A DNA stretch of 64,000 bases, taken from contig JAWFWL010000002.1 in the NCBI GenBank assembly GCA_032576855.1, positions 44,498 to 108,497 on the forward strand. The letters are read 5' to 3'. The position numbers and the translations under genes are program-made. Position 1 is the stretch's first letter. The number at the start of each line of letters is the position of its first letter. The notes under the pieces are model-generated. The model worked only from the letters and a program-made list of their open reading frames with translations, was not told where the DNA came from and searched no databases. The DNA is from Propionibacteriaceae bacterium (lineage in GTDB: Bacteria; Actinomycetota; Actinomycetes; Propionibacteriales; Propionibacteriaceae). This document shows, one piece after another, positions 29,264 through 37,401 of the stretch.

Positions 29264-29880
29264 CGCACCGCCGCCTGTAGCAGACTGCCGAACTCCACCA
29301 GTTTCTGCAGGCTCGCAGCCCCGTCGGCGTCGCGGCTCATGCGCACCACATAGTCGTCAGCAGCATCGACGCCGGTGTAGCCGTGGTCGGCTTCGCACGT
29401 CGGGTTGTCGCAGGCGGCGGGCCCGACGTCGATGCGCCTTGTTGCGCCCCAAATGACGGTGAGCCATGTTTCAGCCAGGTCAGGCTGCGGCGAGGCCGGG
29501 TCTGCCACAGACTGCGTGAGAATGACAGAGTCGAGCGCAGCGAGCTTGACCACCTCCGTTGAGACGATCGCCCGCCCGAACTCGCCCTCATCAGCGTGGC
29601 AGATGATGAACGCTTCTTCGACGAGCACCAAGACCGTGAGATGACGATGGGCCTCATTGCCCGCAAACGTTGCCTCATGGTGCACCAGATGCCCAATCAC
29701 AAGACGATCCCCCACTGCCCCGGCGACGGCCCGGCAGATGATGGTTGGGTAGAAGCCACAATCGGCCACCTCCACAAGGAGACGGTCTGGCAGCGTTGCG
29801 ATGGGATCGGGGCGGGAGCTCACCGCTCCATCATAGGCACCTTCGACGCCGCGGTGTCGCAGGCAGTAGGTTGGGCTCAT
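29260..29880 (-). CDS. DUF5998-like conserved actinobacterial protein
   Basis: LPDRLLVEVADCGFYPTIICRAV... resembles the family usually found next to this phosphatase-family gene. The start is either ATG 29880 or GTG 29823. The track start 30141 is rejected because it overlaps the divergent App1 gene. Confidence 0.55.
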   Translation of the reverse strand: MSPTYCLRHRGVEGAYDGAVSSRPDPIATLPDRLLVEVADCGFYPTIICRAVAGAVGDRLVIGHLVHHEATFAGNEAHRHLTVLVLVEEAFIICHADEGEFGRAIVSTEVVKLAALDSVILTQSVADPASPQPDLAETWLTVIWGATRRIDVGPAACDNPTCEADHGYTGVDAADDYVVRMSRDADGAASLQKLVEFGSLLQAAVR

Positions 29881-30913
29881 GCGTACCCGCCCCTTCATCG
29901 GTGCCCGAGTTGAAGACCGCCTGAACAAGATGCTCAACTCGGTCATGCGTAGACGCGGCTGGCAAGAAGCAATTCGCCCGTACACCGGATATGGCTCCAG
30001 TAGCATGCTGCGGATCTTGGCGCGCATCGTTCTCGTGCCGCCGAAGGATTTGAGCATCATGCAAGCAGCCAGCGCCGTGCTGTATCGCCGCGGATGGCGC
30101 AACTTCGTCTCTCTCAGCAAGGTGGATGCGAAGGCCACCATTCATGTTGGCGACGAGGCCATCCCGGTGCAAGCGGACCGCGGGGGCTACATCGACGTAC
30201 GCATCAAGAACCCCGGCCTTGAACCCGGCTGGCACACCGTCACCATCGAAGGCTCAGACGGCGCTTCGGCAGTCACGCAGGTCCACGTAGTGGGCGACGA
30301 CGTCCGCTTCGGCATCGTCTCCGATATCGACGACACCATTATTTCAACGTGGCTTCCCCGTCTTCTACTCGCAGCGTGGAACTCATTCATCCTCACCGAA
30401 CAGGCCAGGCAGGCTGTACCTGGAATGGCCCGCTGGTACCAGCAGCTGCTCGCCGCCCACCCGGGAGCGCCCATCTTCTACGTCTCTACCGGCGCTTACA
30501 ACACGTTCCCCATGATTCGGCGATTCCAGCAGCGCCACGGCATCCCGAACGGCCCGATGCTCTTGACCGACTGGGGCCCGACGAACACCGGCTGGTTCCG
30601 AAGCGGCACGGACCACAAACGCTCGGCGTTGCGAGAGCTTGCCCGAGACCTACCCCAAATCCGCTGGCTGCTCGTCGGCGATGACGGCCAGCACGACCCG
30701 GACCTCTACGGCGAGTTCGCCGAGCTGCAGCCCGACCATGTTCTCGCCCGCGCCATCCGCGAACTCACCCCCGGGGAAGCGGTGCTGGCGCATGGCATCC
30801 GCATCGAAGGAAGCGACATGCGTTGGGATCCTCACACCGCCCCGGAGTTTCGCGCACCCGATGGGGATGGTCTCGCCGATAAGCTGAGGCGGTTGGAGAT
30901 CATCGACTTCTAG
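29879..30913 (+). CDS. App1-family (DUF2183) phosphatidate-phosphatase-like protein
   Basis: ARVEDRLNKML...RGWQEAIRPYTGYGS N-terminus and HAD-like DxDxT (VSDIDDTII) with GDDGQHDPDLY, the App1/DUF2183 signature. Confidence 0.75.
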   Translation: MRTRPFIGARVEDRLNKMLNSVMRRRGWQEAIRPYTGYGSSSMLRILARIVLVPPKDLSIMQAASAVLYRRGWRNFVSLSKVDAKATIHVGDEAIPVQADRGGYIDVRIKNPGLEPGWHTVTIEGSDGASAVTQVHVVGDDVRFGIVSDIDDTIISTWLPRLLLAAWNSFILTEQARQAVPGMARWYQQLLAAHPGAPIFYVSTGAYNTFPMIRRFQQRHGIPNGPMLLTDWGPTNTGWFRSGTDHKRSALRELARDLPQIRWLLVGDDGQHDPDLYGEFAELQPDHVLARAIRELTPGEAVLAHGIRIEGSDMRWDPHTAPEFRAPDGDGLADKLRRLEIIDF

Positions 30914-30922
30914 GAGGCAAGC

Positions 30923-33367
30923 GTGGCGAGGGTGGACGACGACATCGTCGACGAGGAGCACATCGTCGATATCGACGTCACTGCCGAAATGGAGACGAGC
31001 TTCCTGGAGTACGCCTATTCGGTCATCTACTCCCGCGCTTTGCCCGATGCCCGCGACGGGCTCAAGCCGGTGCAGCGCCGAATCCTCTTCTCCATGGGCG
31101 AGATGGGGGTAACCCCGGACAAGGGGCACGTGAAGTGCGCCCGCGTCGTCGGGCAAGTCATGGGATCGTTGCACCCCCACGGCGACGGCGCCATTTACGA
31201 CGCGCTCGTCCGCCTAGCTCAGCCGTGGACGATGCGTCTCCCGCTCGTCGACGGGCACGGCAACTTCGGCTCCCTCGACGCAGGGCCTGCGGCCATGCGA
31301 TACACCGAGTGCCGCATGGACCATCCCGCGCTCGCAATGACGCAGAGCATCGAAGAAAACACCGTGAATTTCCGGCCCAACTACGACGGGAAGGAATCCG
31401 AGCCCGAGGTGCTGCCCTCGGCAATACCGAATCTGCTCGTGAACGGCGCATCCGGCATCGCCGTTGGAATGGCGACAAACATCGCGCCCCACAACCTCGT
31501 CGAGGTCATCGGTGCCATCCGCGCTTTGGTGCGTGACCCAGACGTCGAACTCGACGAACTCATGCGCCACATTCCAGGTCCAGATTTCCCAACGGGCGGG
31601 AAGATCGTCGGGCTTTCCGGCGTACGAGACGCCTACGCCACAGGTCGCGGCAGCGTCAAGATCCGCGCCACGGCACGCGTGGAGAAGGTAGGGCCACGCC
31701 GCCAGGGCATCATCGTCACCGAGTTGCCGTACATGGTCGGCCCAGAGCGCATCATCGAGCAGATCAAGAAAGCCGTCGGGAACAAGAAGCTCACGGGCAT
31801 TCACGACGTGAAGGACCTCAGCGATCTCGAGCGTGGCACCAGACTCGTGATCGAAGTGAAGAACGGCATTAACCCCGACGCGCTCCTGGAGCAGCTGTAC
31901 AAGCAGACGAAGCTCGAGGACTCGTTCTCCACCAATGCCGTGGCTCTCGTGGACGGTCAACCCCGCACACTCACGTTGAAGGAGATGCTAGAGGTCTACC
32001 TAGAGCATCGCCGACAGGTCATCGACCGCCGCACCGAACACCGGCTCGGGAAGGCGAAGGATCGCCTCCACCTCGTCGAGGGCTTGATGATCGCCATCCT
32101 CGATATCGACGACGTAATCGCCATCATCCGCAGCTCCGACGACGTCGCAGAAGCTCGGCAGAGGCTGATGGGCGCCTTCGAACTCACCGAGCCCCAAGCC
32201 AACTACATCCTTGAGATGCAGCTGCGGCGACTGACCAAGTTCTCCACCCTCGAGCTTGAGAAGGAAGCGAAGGATCTTCGCGCCCGGATTGAGCAGCTCC
32301 AAGCCATTCTCGACGATCCGCACGAACGCGACCGCGTGCTCATCGACGAGCTCGACGATATTGCGAAGGCCTACGGCACTCCCCGTCGCACGGTGCTACT
32401 GGCGGGAGCCGGCACGCCTTCAGCCGCATCCGCGCCACTCGAGATCGAGGACGTGCCCTGCCGCATCTTGTTGAGCGGCTCCGGTCTCGTCGCCCGCGTC
32501 GACGCCGTCGACCTGCCCCCGGCAAGCGGGCGGGCCGCGCACGACGTGATTGTCTCGTCGTGCGTCACCACTTCGAAGGGGCAGTTTGGCGTTGTCACGA
32601 ATTTTGGGCGCTGCATCCGCGCGGAGGCTATTGAGCTACCGACAGTGCCCGTCTCTGCGCAGGCACCCAACTTGCAAGGCGGCTCCCCCGTCGCGGAACT
32701 GTGGCAGCTTGACAAGGGCGAGCGGATCGTCGGGCTCATATCGCTCTCCGACGATTCACTCGGTATCGCTGTTGGCACGCGCGATGGCGTCGTGAAGCGA
32801 GTACGTCCTGACTATCTCGCTCGCGATTCGTGGGAGGTCATCCGACTAGGCGACGGCGACCAGGTAGTTGGAGCCCAAGAACTCGTGGACGACCAGTCCA
32901 ATCTGGCGTTCATCACCTCCGACGGACAGCTCCTGCACTTCGCGGCGGATCTGGTACGTCCGCAGGGCCGCACCGGTGGCGGTGTCGCGGGCATTAAGCT
33001 CGCCAAAGGCGCGTCGGTGATCTGGTTTGGTGCGGTCCATCCAGATGACGACGATGTGGTCACCGTCGCTGGGTCGTCCGGCTCTCTGCCCGGTACAGAG
33101 CAGGGATCCGCGAAGGTGACCGCGCTCTCCGAGTACCCGACGAAGGGTCGCGGCACCGGCGGGGTGCGCTGCCACCGTTTCCTGAAGGGCGAGGATGCGC
33201 TCCTCGTCGCGGGCATCGGTGCGGCGCCCATGATGGCCACCGCGGCATCCGGTAGCCCCGTCGAATTGCCAACGGAACATAGCCGCCGCGACGGCTCGGG
33301 CACACCGCTTGCCCAGCCTGTTGTCGAGATCGCGGGACGCCTCGCTGCCCAGCCCGATCAGGAGTAG
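30923..33367 (+). CDS. parC: DNA topoisomerase IV subunit A (type IIA, ParC-like)
   Basis: SYAYSVIYSRALPDARDGLKPVQRRILF, HPHGD, and the catalytic AAMRYTE tyrosine. I saw no GyrA-box (QRRGGKG) in the C-terminal domain, and the gene is not adjacent to a B subunit. GTG 30923 follows AGGAGG. Confidence 0.85.
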   Translation: MARVDDDIVDEEHIVDIDVTAEMETSFLEYAYSVIYSRALPDARDGLKPVQRRILFSMGEMGVTPDKGHVKCARVVGQVMGSLHPHGDGAIYDALVRLAQPWTMRLPLVDGHGNFGSLDAGPAAMRYTECRMDHPALAMTQSIEENTVNFRPNYDGKESEPEVLPSAIPNLLVNGASGIAVGMATNIAPHNLVEVIGAIRALVRDPDVELDELMRHIPGPDFPTGGKIVGLSGVRDAYATGRGSVKIRATARVEKVGPRRQGIIVTELPYMVGPERIIEQIKKAVGNKKLTGIHDVKDLSDLERGTRLVIEVKNGINPDALLEQLYKQTKLEDSFSTNAVALVDGQPRTLTLKEMLEVYLEHRRQVIDRRTEHRLGKAKDRLHLVEGLMIAILDIDDVIAIIRSSDDVAEARQRLMGAFELTEPQANYILEMQLRRLTKFSTLELEKEAKDLRARIEQLQAILDDPHERDRVLIDELDDIAKAYGTPRRTVLLAGAGTPSAASAPLEIEDVPCRILLSGSGLVARVDAVDLPPASGRAAHDVIVSSCVTTSKGQFGVVTNFGRCIRAEAIELPTVPVSAQAPNLQGGSPVAELWQLDKGERIVGLISLSDDSLGIAVGTRDGVVKRVRPDYLARDSWEVIRLGDGDQVVGAQELVDDQSNLAFITSDGQLLHFAADLVRPQGRTGGGVAGIKLAKGASVIWFGAVHPDDDDVVTVAGSSGSLPGTEQGSAKVTALSEYPTKGRGTGGVRCHRFLKGEDALLVAGIGAAPMMATAASGSPVELPTEHSRRDGSGTPLAQPVVEIAGRLAAQPDQE

Positions 33368-33376
33368 CCTCTTCCC

Positions 33377-33868
33377 GTGAGCTTCGATGACCTGCTGGAA
33401 TCCAACCGCCGTTACGCCGACGATTTCCCACACGCCGGCTTCGACGGCAAAGCCCGCGCGGGTGTGCTCATGCTTACCTGCATGGACTCCCGTATTGATC
33501 CGCTCGACGTCATTGGGCTGCACCACGGCGACGCGAAGATTCTTCGCTCCCCCGGTGGCATTTTGAGCGAATCGATGCTGCAGGGCTGCATCCTCGGCGT
33601 GCATTTGCTGGGCGTGGAGCGCATCCTCGTGATGCCGCACACCAAGTGCGCCATGGCTTCCGGAACCGACGCCGACATTCACGAGCTCATCACGAAGCGC
33701 AGCGGCATGGACACCACCTGGGTGAGCTTCGGCGCCAGCCCAGACCAGCTCACGCGACTCAACTCCGACGTGGCCACCTTGCGCAATCATCCGTTACTCA
33801 AAGACCGCGCCGAGGTTGGTGGCTTCATGTACGACGTCGATTCCGGCCTGCTTGAGCAGCTCCTGTAG
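33377..33868 (+). CDS. Beta-class carbonic anhydrase
   Basis: Zinc ligand motifs CMDSR and HTKCAM. 163 aa. Confidence 0.85.
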   Translation: MSFDDLLESNRRYADDFPHAGFDGKARAGVLMLTCMDSRIDPLDVIGLHHGDAKILRSPGGILSESMLQGCILGVHLLGVERILVMPHTKCAMASGTDADIHELITKRSGMDTTWVSFGASPDQLTRLNSDVATLRNHPLLKDRAEVGGFMYDVDSGLLEQLL

Positions 33869-34144
33869 TTCGCCCGTTAGTCTCGCCGGGGTTTCGATAC
33901 GCCCGCTACGCGGGCCACTCAACCACCAGCGACGAGGCGAACTCCACCACCATGCCTCCCCCGATCATCGAGTAGCAGCGAAGCCGCGTATCGAGATGCG
34001 TAACCGCCAGAGCAAGCTTCCTGTTGTCACTCGATAACGTTTCGTGCACAAGGCGAGCCTGCCTCCATCAACCGAATAAGTTCAGGTACAGTACTTATCG
34101 CTTTCATTCAGGAGCAACTGCACTCTCAAAGAGGAGAACTTTTC

Positions 34145-35500
34145 ATGAGCATGAAGCGTCGAAGCCCCTGGGTCGTCGGCTGTACGGTGGCCACTGCAAT
34201 TGCGCTGAGCCTCACCGCGTGTGGTGGTGACGGAGGCGGCCAGGGAACAAATCCTGGCGGAGACGGCAGCGCCTCAGCCGCACAGCCCAAGGAAAAGGGC
34301 GAGAAGGTCGAACTCGATTTCATGCACCGTCTCCCCGACGGTGAGGGCATGACCACGGTGGCGGAAATCGTCGAGAAGTGGAACAAGGAACACCCTGATG
34401 TCCAGGTCAAGCCCACCAAGTTCGACAGCAAAGCAGCCGAGATGATCGTGCGCCTTGAGTCGGACTTCAAGGCCGGCAACGCCCCATGCATCGCGTTCAC
34501 CGGCTACGCCGAAGTGCCGGAACTCTTCGTGAAGGGCATGCTCGCCGACGTCACCAAGGAAGCCGAGAAGTACAAGGACAACTACACTGAGGGCGCATAC
34601 AACCTCATGAGCGTGGGCGGCACCATGACCGGCCTGCCGCAGGACATCGGCCCGCTGGTGTACTTCTACAACGAAGACGCCTTCAAGCAGCTCGGCATCG
34701 ACGTTCCCACCGACCTAGCAGGCTTCCAGGAGGCCGCAGCCAAGGCGAAGGAGAAGGGCAAGTACATCTCCGCCTTCACCCCTGACGAGGCACAGTACTG
34801 GCTCTCCGCACAGTCCGCCGCAGCCGGCGACTCCTGGTTCAGCGCAGAAAACGACCAGTGGGTCGTAGCAGCCAATGGCAAGGGCTCCAAGACGGTCGCC
34901 GACTTCTGGCAGAAGATGCTCGACGACAAGACCACGCTGGTCACCCAGCGCTGGGGCGACGGCTTCACCAAGGCCCTCGTCGACGAACAACTCATCGGTC
35001 ACATTGGTGCTGCCTGGGAGGCCGGCTTCCTGCTTGATCCCCTCGACGGCACCCCGCAGGAAGGCAAATGGCGCGTCGCCCAGCTCATGGATTTCGGTGG
35101 CGGTAAGGTCACTGGCCCCGACGGCGGCTCGGGCCTCAGCGTCATGAAGGACTGCAAGTACCCGGTCGAGGCCATGGAGTTCATCAACTGGTTCAACACC
35201 CAGACCGATGATCTGGCCACCCAGGGCACGGTGACCGCAAGCACCAACACCGTGGCAACACCGGAGAAGATGAAGAAGCAGTTCGGCGGCCAGGACGTGC
35301 TGGCTGAAATGAAGACCGCCTCGGAGAGCCTCGCGATCGACTTCGGTTACGCGCCTGGCTTCTCCACGCTGTCTGCCATGAACCAGACCGCCGACGAGGT
35401 TGGCGCGGGTAAGAAGAAGGTGACCGACATTTTCGACACCGCCCAGAAGACCGGCGTTGACACTCTGAAGAACCTTGGCCTGCCGGTCAAGGAAGGCTAA
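34145..35500 (+). CDS. Sugar ABC transporter substrate-binding lipoprotein (family 1 SBP)
   Basis: Signal peptide with lipobox LSLTAC, SBP_bac_1-like length and composition, upstream of two MalFG-type permeases. GAGGAG lies 8 nt upstream. Confidence 0.85.
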   Translation: MSMKRRSPWVVGCTVATAIALSLTACGGDGGGQGTNPGGDGSASAAQPKEKGEKVELDFMHRLPDGEGMTTVAEIVEKWNKEHPDVQVKPTKFDSKAAEMIVRLESDFKAGNAPCIAFTGYAEVPELFVKGMLADVTKEAEKYKDNYTEGAYNLMSVGGTMTGLPQDIGPLVYFYNEDAFKQLGIDVPTDLAGFQEAAAKAKEKGKYISAFTPDEAQYWLSAQSAAAGDSWFSAENDQWVVAANGKGSKTVADFWQKMLDDKTTLVTQRWGDGFTKALVDEQLIGHIGAAWEAGFLLDPLDGTPQEGKWRVAQLMDFGGGKVTGPDGGSGLSVMKDCKYPVEAMEFINWFNTQTDDLATQGTVTASTNTVATPEKMKKQFGGQDVLAEMKTASESLAIDFGYAPGFSTLSAMNQTADEVGAGKKKVTDIFDTAQKTGVDTLKNLGLPVKEG

Positions 35501-35511
35501 TTTCCCCGAAT

Positions 35512-35549
35512 GGTTGGGCGTGAGGCGCACACTCGCCTTGCGCCCAACC
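35512..35549 (+). other. Intercistronic stem-loop after the SBP gene of the sugar ABC operon
   Basis: GGTTGGGCGTGAGGCG-CACACT-CGCCTTGCGCCCAACC: a 16-bp stem (two G·U pairs), 12 nt after the SBP stop and 20 nt before the permease start. Confidence 0.55.
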
Positions 35550-35568
35550 TCACTGTGAGGACACCGCT

Positions 35569-36513
35569 ATGAGCTCCGATACCGTGACGCAGCCACGGCG
35601 CAAACGCCGTCGCATGAGCAGAATCCGTCGATCCGAAATCATTGCCGGGTGGGGTTTCATGGCCCCGTTCGCAATCTTGTTTGCGCTGGTGCTGCTTGTT
35701 CCCATGATCACGGCGATTCGATCGTCGTTGTTCCGCATGGATTCCACAGGTGGGGGGCTCTTCGGCGGCGGTGAACTCACTGAAACGTTCGTCGGTTTCG
35801 CCAACCTGCAGTGGGCCGCGACGAATGGAGCATTCTGGACCGGCATCGCCCGGGTAGGCGCCTATGCGCTCTTTCAGATCCCGGTGATGACGCTCGGCGC
35901 AATGCTGCTTGCGCTGCTACTCGACTCGACTGTGATCCGCCGCCCGGGCTTCTTCCGCATCTCGTACTTCCTGCCCTTCGCGATTCCGGGCATCGTCGCC
36001 GCCATGCTCTGGCTGTACCTGTACACGCCGGAGCTCTCCCCGATCATGCGCTACCTGCCGTCGTGGGTGAACTTCATGGCGCCCGACGTGATCCTGGCGT
36101 CCATGGCCAACATGACGACGTGGACGTACACCGGCTACAACATGCTGATCTTCTTGGCCGCGCTGCAAGCCATTCCGCAAGAGCTGTACGAGGCGGCGCG
36201 CATCGACGGGGCGAAAGAATGGCAGATCGCCACACGCATCAAAATTCCCATCATGGGCAATGCCATCCTGCTCTCGGTGCTCATGTCGATCATCGGCACG
36301 GTGCAGCTGTTCAACGAGCCTGTCGTGATGGAGACAGTGAACCCGTGGATGGGCAAGGCCTATACCCCCATGATGATGGCCTACAACACGATGACGGGTG
36401 GGCTGTCCCCGTCCGGTAATGGCCATGCCTCCGCAATCTCGGTGATGATGGCGATCGTGGCGGGCGTGATGGCCCTGGTCTATTGGAGCGTGCAACGGAA
36501 GGTGACGAAGTGA
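35569..36513 (+). CDS. Carbohydrate ABC transporter permease (MalF/UgpA-like)
   Basis: Six TM helices and an EAA loop (ELYEAARIDGAKEWQIATRIKIP). Confidence 0.9.
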   Translation: MSSDTVTQPRRKRRRMSRIRRSEIIAGWGFMAPFAILFALVLLVPMITAIRSSLFRMDSTGGGLFGGGELTETFVGFANLQWAATNGAFWTGIARVGAYALFQIPVMTLGAMLLALLLDSTVIRRPGFFRISYFLPFAIPGIVAAMLWLYLYTPELSPIMRYLPSWVNFMAPDVILASMANMTTWTYTGYNMLIFLAALQAIPQELYEAARIDGAKEWQIATRIKIPIMGNAILLSVLMSIIGTVQLFNEPVVMETVNPWMGKAYTPMMMAYNTMTGGLSPSGNGHASAISVMMAIVAGVMALVYWSVQRKVTK

Positions 36514-37397
36514 CTACCGCAACCACCAAGCGCACTACAAGACACCACGACATTCCCCCCGCGCTGCGCCCGACGCGAACCGCAAAGACCATCACCTGGA
36601 TCATCCTCGTATTCGCTGCGCTCTACTTCCTGCTGCCCGTGGTGTGGCTGGTCATGGCCGCCACAAAGACCAACAACGATCTCGCAACGTCGTTTGGGTT
36701 CTGGTTTGCCGATATGAACCTCGCCCGCAACTACGAGAGCCTCCTATCGTGGACAGGCGGCATGTTCTGGCGGTGGGTCGGAAACTCCATCTTCTACTCC
36801 CTGTCTGCCGCCACGCTGGGATGCCTCATCTCCGTGATGGCCGGCTACTCCGTGACGAAGTTTCGCTACCCGGGCCGGCGCATCATGATGGGCACCATCT
36901 CCGCGGGGCTGCTGATTCCCGTCTCGATCCTCACGATTCCGATGTACACCGTCTTCCACGGCTTGGGCCTTACCGACACCGTGTGGGCCGTCATTATCCC
37001 CTGCTCCGTGCTTCCCTTCGGTGTGTTCCTTGGCATGGTGTACGCGGAAGCCTCCGTCCCCGACGAGCTCCTCGAGGCCGCGCGCCTCGACGGCCTGAGC
37101 GAGTTTCGCATCTTCTTCACGATCGTGCTGCGCCTGCTAGCACCGGCCATGGTGACGATCTTCCTGTTCATCTTCGTGAACACCTGGAACAACTTCATGC
37201 TGCCCTTGATGATGATCTCCAAGCCGGAGCTGAAGCCTGTCACGCTCGGCCTATACGGCATGATGAGCTACTTCGCCCCCGACAAGGGTGCGGTCATGTT
37301 GGGCGCGCTGCTCGGCGTCGTACCGCTCATCATCTTGTTCCTTACGTTGCAGCGCTACTGGCAGGCTGGGCTCGCCGCCGGCGCAGTGAAGGGCTGA
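36510..37397 (+). CDS. Carbohydrate ABC transporter permease (MalG/UgpE-like)
   Basis: EAA loop ELLEAARLDGLSEFRIFFTIVLR. GTG 36510 overlaps the upstream stop (GTGA). The track start 36483 is rejected. Confidence 0.9.
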   Translation: MTTATTKRTTRHHDIPPALRPTRTAKTITWIILVFAALYFLLPVVWLVMAATKTNNDLATSFGFWFADMNLARNYESLLSWTGGMFWRWVGNSIFYSLSAATLGCLISVMAGYSVTKFRYPGRRIMMGTISAGLLIPVSILTIPMYTVFHGLGLTDTVWAVIIPCSVLPFGVFLGMVYAEASVPDELLEAARLDGLSEFRIFFTIVLRLLAPAMVTIFLFIFVNTWNNFMLPLMMISKPELKPVTLGLYGMMSYFAPDKGAVMLGALLGVVPLIILFLTLQRYWQAGLAAGAVKG

Positions 37398-37401
37398 CCA
37401 C

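Noticed and set aside
30923-33367. Alternative call of the type IIA topoisomerase genes as gyrA/gyrB
   Set aside because: The A and B genes are not adjacent, they are not next to dnaA/dnaN-type origin genes, and I could not find a GyrA-box (QRRGGKG) in the C-terminal domain. Topoisomerase IV (ParC/ParE) is more likely, although only phylogeny can settle it.
32846-33790. 314-aa minus-strand ORF spanning the parC end and the carbonic anhydrase gene
   Set aside because: It crosses two well-supported plus-strand genes and the gap between them, and it has no motifs. It is a shadow ORF.
34024-34051. Possible LacI-type operator around CGATAACGTTTCG upstream of the sugar ABC operon
   Set aside because: Only the central AACGTT is truly palindromic. 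The flanks pair at very few positions when folded about the centre, so this is not supportable as an operator from sequence alone.
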